Positions 56,214-64,000 of a stretch of 64,000 nt of DNA are shown in pieces. Made by a program: the position numbers and the translations under genes. Source of the stretch: Myxococcota bacterium (GTDB lineage: Bacteria > Myxococcota_A > UBA9160 > UBA6930); contig OZ245002.1 of NCBI GenBank assembly GCA_965223415.1, forward strand, positions 4,320,001 to 4,384,000. Direction: 5' to 3'. How positions within the stretch are numbered: position 1 is the first letter of the stretch; every line of letters starts with the position of its first letter. The notes under the pieces were generated by a model that had not been told where the DNA came from, searched no databases, and saw only the letters and a program-made list of their open reading frames with translations.

Positions 56214-57088
56214 GAGCCGGGCCTCATGCCCACACGCGAGATCTGGTCCGAGAGCAGCCCGACCGCCCAGACGAGCCCGGCGGAGAGGAAGGAGAAGATG
56301 GCGCCCTCGGAGAGGTTCCCGTTGGTCACGTCGTAGGCGAGCTTCGACGCGCCGGCCAGGAAGAAGACGAACCCGGCGGGCAGGAAGACCTTCAGGGGAT
56401 TGAAGTAGATGATGGTCCGCACGATCAGCAGCAGGAAGTCGAAGGCGTGGCGCGGACGGATCTTCGAGTCTCCCGTGCGCGGGTGATAGTCGATCGTCTC
56501 GTAGCGCACCAGATGGTCGCGACACAGGGCCGACAGCGTGATGGTCGTCGTGAACGAGAAGCCCGACGGCAGCAGGTGTTCGTAGCGATCGATGAGATCC
56601 CGGCGCATGGCCCGCAGCCCCGAGTTGAGGTCCGGGATCTTCTGGCCGGCCAGGTAGCTCGCGAGCCAGCCGAGGAACCACTTGGCCGGCCGCCGCTCGA
56701 GGGGGATCGCGACCTGCTCGCCGACCCGGGCACCGACGACCATCTCGTAGCTGTCGGTCAGCTCGACCAGCTTCGGAATGGAATCCGCCGGGTAGGTGCC
56801 GTCCGCATCGGTGATGACGAGGACGTCGTAGCGGGCCGCGCGGATCCCGGTCTTGAGCGACGCGCCGTAACCCCGGTTCATCGGGGCCTGGATCACCTGG
56901 ACGTCCTCGGCCCGGGCGCGCTCCGCGGTGCGGTCGGTGGAGCCGTCGTCTACCACGATGATCTCGTAGGGCCGGGTGACCGAGCGGAGGGCGTCCTTCA
57001 GCTGGCGCAACGCCGGCTGGATCCCATCCTCTTCGTTGAAGGCGGGGACGACGACACTGAAGCCGGACTCCGGGGAAGGCTGGGTCAC
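56210..57088 (-). CDS. GT2 glycosyltransferase (polyprenol-phosphate glycosyltransferase/DPM1-like)
   Basis: VPAFNEE, VDDGSTD, NRGYG, DADG, DLNSGLR; two C-terminal TM helices. Confidence 0.9.
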   Translation of the reverse strand: MTQPSPESGFSVVVPAFNEEDGIQPALRQLKDALRSVTRPYEIIVVDDGSTDRTAERARAEDVQVIQAPMNRGYGASLKTGIRAARYDVLVITDADGTYPADSIPKLVELTDSYEMVVGARVGEQVAIPLERRPAKWFLGWLASYLAGQKIPDLNSGLRAMRRDLIDRYEHLLPSGFSFTTTITLSALCRDHLVRYETIDYHPRTGDSKIRPRHAFDFLLLIVRTIIYFNPLKVFLPAGFVFFLAGASKLAYDVTNGNLSEGAIFSFLSAGLVWAVGLLSDQISRVGMRPGS

Positions 57089-58593
57089 GCATCACCTCTG
57101 GGGGTCTCTTCGTTTTCCCGAGCCACATACCTGAGTGGCCACCAGAGCCAGGCCAGAGCCAGGCCCACGGCCAGGACGAGGAGGGTGGGGTCGGGCGCCT
57201 GGCGTTCGAAGAAGGGTACGTACTGGCCGCCCATCTTGCCGAGCACCGTGAGCCAGGGGAGCTGCAGGCCGCCGAGCAGCACCGTGGCGAGGGACTCGGC
57301 GGGGGTTTCTCGCACCATGGCGAGGCTCCAGCCCTGGAGGATCGCCCCGGCGGCCAGGGGCGCGGCCAGGCGGGGCGCCATGCGCACCCACACCGGCGCG
57401 CTGGCCAGGATCAGGAACGGGACGGCCGGCATCAGGTAACGGACGCCGGTGTTCCACTGCAGGCGCGCGAAGGCCACCGAGCTCGAGAAGAGCCAGATCG
57501 CGACCAGCATGGCGAAGCAGGTGACGAGCTCGAGCCGGCCGAGACGGGGCTGCGACCCGCCCCGGACGAAGGGCGCGGCGAAGGCCACCAGCAGCACGGT
57601 CCCGGCGGTGAACAGCCCGAAGCGCGGGTCGAAGAGGTTCTGGAAGCCCAAGTCCCAGGCCGGCGGGTGGACGCCGTTCCAGCCGTCGCCGCTGAACTCG
57701 GTGGCCGGCATGTAGTTCTGGGCGGGATAGATCGGATGGCCGAAGGCCCAGGCCTGGTAGGCGAGCAGCAGGCCGCAGCCCGCCACGCCGCCCGCCACCA
57801 TCCACAGGCTGCGTCGCGCGCCGTCCAGGGCGCCGTGCTCGGCGACGAGCTTGGCGACCGCGTAGGGCCCGAGGACGGCGATCGGCACGAGGCCGCTGTA
57901 GTCGCAGAACAGGCCGTAGCCGGCGAGGAAGCCGCCGGCGAGGAGCGCGCCGCTCCCGGGGCTCTGGCCCGCCGGCCGGTAGAGGCAGGCGAAGGAGAAG
58001 AGGGCCAGATGGGCGACGGTGAGGTTCTGGTTGATGAAGCCGGTGCGGAAGAAGATCGGCGTGGCGAAGGCGTAGAGCAGCGCCAGGCCCAGGGAGGCGG
58101 CGGCGCCGAAGCCCATGCGCAGCAGCAGCGCCCGCATCACCACCACCGCCAGCGCCGAGAGCGGCGCCGTGTAGCCCAGCTGGATCACGCCGCTCGCCAG
58201 ACCGAAGCGCACGTCCAGGCCCTGCTCGCGCACCTGCTTGAAGAACTTGCGGCGCAGCGGCCGGTGGTCCTCGTAGTCGGTGCTGAGCTCCTCGCCCCGG
58301 GCCGCGCGGCCCGCGGCGACGCGGGCGACGAGCGGGTCCACGACCGGGCGGGCGAGCAGATAGGGAAGGGCGGCCGGGATCGACGTGCCCGGGTTGTTGT
58401 TCATGAAGGCGCCCCGGCCCTCGATCTCGAACAGGTCCGGGTGGAGCCCGACGTAGGGGTCGACGCGCAGGGTGCCGCGCTCGGCCAGCGAGAAGGCCGG
58501 GTAGTACTCGCGGGCGATGTTCGTGGCGAAGTGCATCGAGAAGACGACCCAGCACGTCACGAACAGCCGCCACGCCACGCGGTCCCAGGCCAT
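57085..58593 (-). CDS. Polytopic membrane protein, probable GT-C-like transferase
   Basis: Many TM helices, large first loop, LFDPRFGLF and GVRYLMP motifs; operonic context. Confidence 0.6.
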   Translation of the reverse strand: MAWDRVAWRLFVTCWVVFSMHFATNIAREYYPAFSLAERGTLRVDPYVGLHPDLFEIEGRGAFMNNNPGTSIPAALPYLLARPVVDPLVARVAAGRAARGEELSTDYEDHRPLRRKFFKQVREQGLDVRFGLASGVIQLGYTAPLSALAVVVMRALLLRMGFGAAASLGLALLYAFATPIFFRTGFINQNLTVAHLALFSFACLYRPAGQSPGSGALLAGGFLAGYGLFCDYSGLVPIAVLGPYAVAKLVAEHGALDGARRSLWMVAGGVAGCGLLLAYQAWAFGHPIYPAQNYMPATEFSGDGWNGVHPPAWDLGFQNLFDPRFGLFTAGTVLLVAFAAPFVRGGSQPRLGRLELVTCFAMLVAIWLFSSSVAFARLQWNTGVRYLMPAVPFLILASAPVWVRMAPRLAAPLAAGAILQGWSLAMVRETPAESLATVLLGGLQLPWLTVLGKMGGQYVPFFERQAPDPTLLVLAVGLALAWLWWPLRYVARENEETPRGDA

Positions 58594-60032
58594 CAGGCAC
58601 TGCCTCCCGAGGACAGGGGCGCGCTCTTCGCGCTCGCGAGCCGCCCGAGATCCCCGAGCAGCCGGCGATCCACGAGGGGCGCCGTGGCGAGGAACACGCC
58701 GCCGACCAGCGGGGCCGTGATCCAGGGCTGGTCCGGGCCGAACCGGAGGGCGAGGCCGGCCAGGATCGCGGCCCACAGGGCCGGCTTCCAGACCGGCCCC
58801 AGGAAGGGAATCGGGGCCACGTGCCGGCTCATCGCGCGATGGGCCACCGCCCAGACCGCGACGTTCGACGCGAGCATGGCGACCCCGCCCCCCACCGGGC
58901 CGAGGGTCGGGATCGCGAGGCCGCCCACGCCCAGGGTGACTGCCGCGCCCACCAGCTGGGCCCACAGCTCGCGGGTCTGCTCGCCGGCGGCGATCAGGCC
59001 GAAGCGGGCGTGGCCGTTCAGGAGGCCCAGGGGCAGCGCCCAGACCAACACCGCGAAGGGCAGGGCGGCGTCGCCGAAGGCGTCCCCGAACGCGATGCGC
59101 GTGATGGGCCCCGCCAGGAGCGCCAGTCCCAGGGCCAGGCCGATGCTGCCCCAGGCGGTCACGCGGAAGGAAGGCTCGACCAGCGCGTTCACGGCGGCGC
59201 CGCCGTCGCCGGCCGAGCGCGCGAGGGTCGGGTAGAGGTTGAAGTGGTAGAGCCACACGAAGGTTCCCAGGGAGAGGACGAGGCGGTGGGCGCCGCCGAA
59301 CCAGGCCAGATCCGCGCCGCCCAACAGCACGGCCACCATCACCGTGGGAACGTACTGGTTGGCGGCCCAGACCAGCTGCTCGGCGCCCACCGGCAGCGCC
59401 TCCCTGGCCAGAGCGCGCAGGTCGGCGAGCCGGAACGAGAGGCGCAGGGAGGTGACGCGCGTGCCCTGGACCCAGGCGAAGTACCCGGCCATGGAGGCGG
59501 CAGCGGCGATCTCGATCCAGCCGACCCGCAGGAGGTCGTCGGCGCCGTCCACGAGGCCGACCACCAGCAGCGCGAACACGACCATGCGCAGGGCCTGGGC
59601 GCCGGACACCCAGGTCATCATGTCGAGCCCCTGCAGGAGCCAGCGCTGCACCCAGGGCATGAAGAGGAGCGACAGGGCAAAGAGCCAGATGAGCCGAACC
59701 GTCTCGGCCGGCTGGCCCAGCAGGTGCCCGACGCCCCCCATCAGCGGCACGGCGATCGCGGCCAGCAGGAGCCGGCCGGCCGGCACCCGGGCCGCCAGTC
59801 CCTCGGCGCGCTCCGGATGCTTGGCGATCTCCCGCGCGCCGATCGGCCCGAAGCCGAAGTCCACCACGAGCGCGAAGAAGAGCGCCATGGCCGCCGCCAG
59901 CTCCACGGAGCCGTAGGCCGCGGGCTCCAGCACCCGCGCCAGATAGGCGAAGGCCAGGAAGCCGGCGACCTTGCTCACCAGCTCTCCCCCGGAGAGGGCG
60001 GCGAAGTCGCGGACCAGGCGGAACCGGCTCAT
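58593..60032 (-). CDS. Wzx-type oligosaccharide flippase
   Basis: YLARVL.PAAYG, VDFG...GAREIA; about 12-14 TM helices. Confidence 0.85.
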   Translation of the reverse strand: MSRFRLVRDFAALSGGELVSKVAGFLAFAYLARVLEPAAYGSVELAAAMALFFALVVDFGFGPIGAREIAKHPERAEGLAARVPAGRLLLAAIAVPLMGGVGHLLGQPAETVRLIWLFALSLLFMPWVQRWLLQGLDMMTWVSGAQALRMVVFALLVVGLVDGADDLLRVGWIEIAAAASMAGYFAWVQGTRVTSLRLSFRLADLRALAREALPVGAEQLVWAANQYVPTVMVAVLLGGADLAWFGGAHRLVLSLGTFVWLYHFNLYPTLARSAGDGGAAVNALVEPSFRVTAWGSIGLALGLALLAGPITRIAFGDAFGDAALPFAVLVWALPLGLLNGHARFGLIAAGEQTRELWAQLVGAAVTLGVGGLAIPTLGPVGGGVAMLASNVAVWAVAHRAMSRHVAPIPFLGPVWKPALWAAILAGLALRFGPDQPWITAPLVGGVFLATAPLVDRRLLGDLGRLASAKSAPLSSGGSA

Positions 60033-60147
60033 CAGCCGGAGACCCGCGGGCGCCGCCCGCGGGCCCGGCTGCCCTGCGGGTGGGCGCGAGCGGAGCTCGC
60101 GTCCGTTCCGGAGTGCAAATCGCCCCGCGCCATGCTCTCGGTGTCGG

Positions 60148-61116
60148 CTAGTCGCCGACCTCCGTCTGGTACTCGATCACCCGGTCGACGATGTCGTTCA
60201 CGTGCATCGAGGGCCGGTAGCCGATGGCGCCCTCGAGCTTGGCCAGGTTCGGAATGCGCCGGTCCATGTCCTCGAAGCCCTCGGGATAGGCCGTTTCGTA
60301 GTCCACGTGGACGATCTTCGAGCGCCCGCCGGTCTTGTCCTTCACCAGCGCGGCCAGCTCGTTGATCGAGATCTCCTGGTCGTTGCCGACGTTGAAGACC
60401 TGTCCCACGGCGGAGGGCTTGCCCGCCAGCTTCACCAGGCACTCGACCACCTCGCCCACGTAGCCGAAGCAGCGTTTCTGGTCGCCGGTCCCGTAGACGG
60501 TGATGTCCTCGCCGGCCAGGCCCTGGCGCACGAAGTTCGGCAGCACCATGCCGTAGCGGCCGGTCTGCCGGGGCCCCACCGTGTTGAAGAAGCGGGTGAT
60601 GACGACCGGCGTCTCGCGCTCCCGGAAGTAGGCGAGTGCCAGGTACTCGTCGATCGCCTTCGAGCAGGCGTAGGCCCAGCGGCTCTTGGTGGTGGCGCCG
60701 AAGAGCAGATCGTCCTCCTCGGAGAAGGGCAGCTTCACGCCCTTGCCATACACCTCCGAGGTGCTCGCGATGAACGTGAGCTTGCCCTTCTTGGCCGCCT
60801 TCTGGAGCACGACCTCCGAGCCGCGCACGTTCGTTTCGATGGTGTGAGTCGGCTTCTCGACGATCAGCTTCACGCCGACGGCGGCCGCCAGATGGTAGAC
60901 GACGTCCGCCCGGTCCACGAGCTCCGCCACCAGCTCCTCGTCCGTCACCGAGCCGATCCGGTGATGGAACTTCGGGTGCTCGAGGATGCCGTCCAGGTTG
61001 GTCATGGTCCCGGTGGAGAGATCGTCCAGGATCCAGACCTCGTGGCCGTCCGCGATCAGGTGCTCCGCCAGGTGCGAGCCGATGAATCCGGCGCCGCCGG
61101 TGATGAAGAACTTCAT
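60148..61116 (-). CDS. NAD-dependent NDP-sugar epimerase/dehydratase/decarboxylase
   Basis: TGGAGFIGS, HLAAAVG, STSEVYG, RWAYACSK, RFFNTVGP. Confidence 0.9.
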   Translation of the reverse strand: MKFFITGGAGFIGSHLAEHLIADGHEVWILDDLSTGTMTNLDGILEHPKFHHRIGSVTDEELVAELVDRADVVYHLAAAVGVKLIVEKPTHTIETNVRGSEVVLQKAAKKGKLTFIASTSEVYGKGVKLPFSEEDDLLFGATTKSRWAYACSKAIDEYLALAYFRERETPVVITRFFNTVGPRQTGRYGMVLPNFVRQGLAGEDITVYGTGDQKRCFGYVGEVVECLVKLAGKPSAVGQVFNVGNDQEISINELAALVKDKTGGRSKIVHVDYETAYPEGFEDMDRRIPNLAKLEGAIGYRPSMHVNDIVDRVIEYQTEVGD

Positions 61117-62390
61117 TCCGTGACTTCTCCGCGTTCTCGAATCAAGGCGCGGTGGAGCTCCGGGCGCTTGCGCTCCGCCACGCGGGTGATCAGGTCGAAG
61201 TACTGCTCCAGGACGACGCTCTCGGTCCAGCGTTCCCGCAGGGCCTGGTGGCCGGAGCGTCCCAGCTTCTCGCGCAGGGTCGGGTCTCCCGAGAGGGCCT
61301 GGAGAGCCTCCTCGAGCTGCTGCCCGGTGTCGAACAGGAGGCCGCCGCCGCTCGACTGCACGATCTCGCTGAAGGGCCCGAGCCTGCGCGCGATCACCGG
61401 TGTCTCCTCGCGGAAGGCCTCCAGCAGGATGATCCCGAAGGTCTCGTAGCAAACCGAGGGCACCACCGCCGCGAGGGCGCCCCGGTAGAGCGAGCGCAGC
61501 TGCTCCGGAGAGCGCAGCCCGAGGAAGCGCACCCGTGGATGGCCCTCGGCCTGGGCGCGAAGGGGGGCCTCGTGGTCTCCGGTGCCGACCACCCAGAGCT
61601 CCGGCCCGTCGTCGCTGGCGAAGTTCGGGATCACGTCCTGCAGGCCCTTGATCTTCTCGAGGCGGCCCACGAAAAGGAAGTAGGGCCGGTCGCTCGGGGC
61701 GTCGGTGAGGGCCTCGGGCGTCTCGGCATCCGCGTCGAGGTCCGGCAAGAAGTAGGGGATCACCTCCAGCTCGCGGGAGAAGCCGAAGCGGCGGTGCATG
61801 TCGGCGCTGAAGCGCGAAGGCGAGTAGAAGACGTCGACGTGGCGGGCCTCGTGCTCGAGGAGCCCCGTGTAGCGCCAGAGCTGGGGCGGGCGCCGGTGGT
61901 GGAGGACGCAGCGCAGGCACTCCCGGCCGTCGCACCGCTCGCGGCCGTGGCGCCACAGCACGTGGGTCGGACACACGAGCCAGTGCTCGTGGGCCATGTA
62001 GAGCTTCACCGCGTCGCCGTAGGCGAGCACGCCCGGGCCGCCCACCAACGAGACGTTGTGGAAGAAGATCACGTCGACGCTCGGGTCTTCGAGCTCGCGG
62101 CGGATGCGCGCGCCGTGGACGATGGGCCGGCCGGTCTGCTGAGTGAGCAGGCAGGAGGTGCGGCCGAGCAGCGGCGTTGCGCTCTCGAGCTGCACCCGCC
62201 GCACGCCTTCGGGCTCCGGCGTACCCTCCGGATCCTCGCGGCCCGAGAGCATGCGCCAGGCGTCGGCGTCGTGGATCACCGTCACCTCGTGGCCGCGCCG
62301 CGCGAGGGCGTGGGTGAGGCGCCGGATGAAGATCGCGTCGCCGCCGAAGTGGTACGGCGGGTAGAAGGTCGTGACCATCGCGATCTTCAC
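61113..62390 (-). CDS. GT4 glycosyltransferase
   Basis: FVGRLEKIKG, PSVCYETFGIILLEA (Ex7E). Confidence 0.9.
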   Translation of the reverse strand: MKIAMVTTFYPPYHFGGDAIFIRRLTHALARRGHEVTVIHDADAWRMLSGREDPEGTPEPEGVRRVQLESATPLLGRTSCLLTQQTGRPIVHGARIRRELEDPSVDVIFFHNVSLVGGPGVLAYGDAVKLYMAHEHWLVCPTHVLWRHGRERCDGRECLRCVLHHRRPPQLWRYTGLLEHEARHVDVFYSPSRFSADMHRRFGFSRELEVIPYFLPDLDADAETPEALTDAPSDRPYFLFVGRLEKIKGLQDVIPNFASDDGPELWVVGTGDHEAPLRAQAEGHPRVRFLGLRSPEQLRSLYRGALAAVVPSVCYETFGIILLEAFREETPVIARRLGPFSEIVQSSGGGLLFDTGQQLEEALQALSGDPTLREKLGRSGHQALRERWTESVVLEQYFDLITRVAERKRPELHRALIRERGEVTE

Positions 62391-63571
62391 GGAGTGGGCA
62401 CTCCGGCGGTGGCCTCGAGGGCCCGCCGCGTCGCCTCGGCCGTGACCTTCCAGGAGAGCGCGTTTGCCCGCTCGAGGGCTGTCTGCGCCAGGGCATCGCG
62501 CCGCTCCGGGTTCCGCCACAGGATCGGCAGGCACGCTTCGAGGGCGCCGTCGGCCATCGGGTCGAAGAAGAGGCCGCCGCCCTGGAGCACCTCCGGCAGC
62601 GGGCTCTCGATCGTCGCGACGCAGGGCGTGCCGCAGGCCGCCGCCTCCACCGCGGGAAGCCCGAAGCCCTCCTCCAGGGAAGGCAGCACCAGGGCGAGGG
62701 CGCCGGCGTAGAGCTGGCGCAGCTCCTCGTCGGGGACGAAGCCGGCCCAGTGCACCCGGTCGGTGAGCCCGCCCAGGGTGATCTCCCGGCGGATCGCCGA
62801 CACGTTGCCGTGGAAGGTGTCGCCCTGGTAGTCGCCCACCAGGACGACGTGCAGATCCTCCGGAAGGGCCACCCGGCCGAGGGCGCGCACCAGCCCGATC
62901 ACGTTCTTGTGGGGGTTGAAGCCGCCCACGTAGAGCAGGTAGGGCGCGTCGACGGGAAGGCCGCGGCCGCCGAGCCAGGCGTGAAGGGGCGCGCGGTCGG
63001 CCGGGACCGAGAACGCGGGGGAGGGCCCCTCCGGAGTCACGTGGATGCGCTCGGCGGCGATTCCCATCTCCTGGGCGATGCGGCCCCGAGCGTATTCGGA
63101 GACCGTGATGATGGTCCGGGCTTGCCAGCGGGCGAGGTGCGACTTCAGGCTCCAGAAGAGCCGCGTCCGCCAGTCCGGGAAGACGACGCGACCGTGACGC
63201 TCCGGGATGGTGTCGTGGATCGCCACCGCCACCGGCAGTCGGGACGGAATCGGGAAATAGCTGAAGACCGACGGGAAGTAGAAGGCGTCGAGCCTCTCCG
63301 CCGCCACGCCGCGGCCCATCCGGAGCATGTCGCCCAGGCCGCGGCTGCCTCGGGCCGAAGCGGCGGCGGCCTGGCTCTCGCGGGTGCCGAGCCGACACAC
63401 CGGCATATCCGGCAGCTCGATGGAGGCCGCGGTCGCCTCGTCGACGAAGAGCCGGTAGTCGTGGGCTCCGTCGGCGGCGAGCGGCGGGAGCAGCTCCCGG
63501 AGGAAACGCCCGTAGCCCCGCCCGGAGGCCAGGCAGGTCCCGTCGATGCCGATGTGCAGTCTCTCACCCAA
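62387..63571 (-). CDS. GT4 glycosyltransferase
   Basis: IHD.IP, VGGFNPHKN, PSLEEGFGLPAVEA; TTG start inferred. Confidence 0.9.
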   Translation of the reverse strand: MGERLHIGIDGTCLASGRGYGRFLRELLPPLAADGAHDYRLFVDEATAASIELPDMPVCRLGTRESQAAAASARGSRGLGDMLRMGRGVAAERLDAFYFPSVFSYFPIPSRLPVAVAIHDTIPERHGRVVFPDWRTRLFWSLKSHLARWQARTIITVSEYARGRIAQEMGIAAERIHVTPEGPSPAFSVPADRAPLHAWLGGRGLPVDAPYLLYVGGFNPHKNVIGLVRALGRVALPEDLHVVLVGDYQGDTFHGNVSAIRREITLGGLTDRVHWAGFVPDEELRQLYAGALALVLPSLEEGFGLPAVEAAACGTPCVATIESPLPEVLQGGGLFFDPMADGALEACLPILWRNPERRDALAQTALERANALSWKVTAEATRRALEATAGVPTP

Positions 63572-63832
63572 GCGGTCCGGTCCTCGATGGCTCTCCGGCC
63601 CAAGCCCCGGGGCGGTGAGTGGCTGTCGGCCAGCCTCCGGTGTTGAAGAAAACCCGAAATCCCCCCGGGGTGTCCCGCTCACGGTACACTTCGGAGCCCA
63701 GCAGGCCAACGAAGGGCCGCCCCGAAGGGGCTATGGCCGGTCGTGGGATCGGCCGATGGGTCAAGGGCTTCTTCGGACGACACGCTTTCCGCTGTAGCGA
63801 CGACTCACCCTCGCGCGATCCCAGGAGTCTCC

Positions 63833-64000
63833 GTGTATCACTGCGTCGTCATCGGCGGCGGCCCGGCGGGCCTCACCGCAGCCTACGAGCTGGCCAAGCT
63901 GGGCCGGCACTCGGTCGTGTTCGAGCAGGACGCGCTGGTGGGCGGCATCTCCCGCACGGTGAACTACAAGGGCTACCGCTTCGACATCGGCGGCCATCGT
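63833..64000 (+). CDS. FAD-dependent oxidoreductase (UGM-like), 5' part; runs off the window
   Basis: Manual translation from the GTG after [25 protein letters not shown]...[21 protein letters not shown]. Confidence 0.8.
   Translation, partial: MYHCVVIGGGPAGLTAAYELAKLGRHSVVFEQDALVGGISRTVNYKGYRFDIGGHR

Noticed and set aside
60148..61116. UDP-apiose synthase or ArnA call from RWAYACSK
   Set aside because: Has STSE rather than the STCE recalled for apiose synthases, and no formyltransferase domain; left as a generic NDP-sugar SDR
1..64000. Many long overlapping ORFs (e.g. 5761..9264+, 24819..28775- upstream part, 34626..37103+, 37001..39493-)
   Set aside because: Arg/Gly/Pro/Ala-rich shadow frames typical of high-GC DNA; they overlap genes with clear family motifs
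1..64000. rRNA, tRNA or CRISPR array
   Set aside because: No cloverleaf or rRNA signatures; direct repeats have only two units with short spacers; no cas genes

Overview
Very GC-rich bacterial chromosomal segment. A Myxococcota-like, Gram-negative origin is inferred from a PEP-CTERM tail, PilZ/GGDEF-EAL genes, GlnRS and c-type cytochromes. The first 20 kb is a lipid/xenobiotic catabolic block: LLM oxidoreductases, CoA transferase, SDRs, P450, sulfotransferase, crotonases and three acyl-CoA dehydrogenases. It includes a TetR resembling Vibrio LuxR/HapR/SmcR, with a matching operator-like site. 20-24 kb holds a rearranged Pseudomonas-like sigX/crfX/cmpX module. 24-28 kb encodes hydrolases. 28-32 kb is a c-di-GMP module with two near-identical sigma28-like promoters. 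32-42 kb carries prs, a divergent glnS, a carboxylesterase, a hemerythrin-like gene, a beta-helix/diheme cytochrome fusion and a Rieske-glutamate-synthase-like gene. 42-64 kb has two paralogous B12-dependent radical SAM genes and a surface-glycan cluster (GT4 x2, GT2, two GT-C-like membrane proteins, Wzx, two UGM-like flavoproteins, an epimerase). Between the rSAM genes lies a decaying tract with an intact IS1380-family element and two pseudogenes. An unexplained CTAACGCAACA motif sits at gene ends, and many genes appear leaderless. No rRNA, tRNA or CRISPR array was seen. All family calls come from motif recognition by eye; no searches were run.
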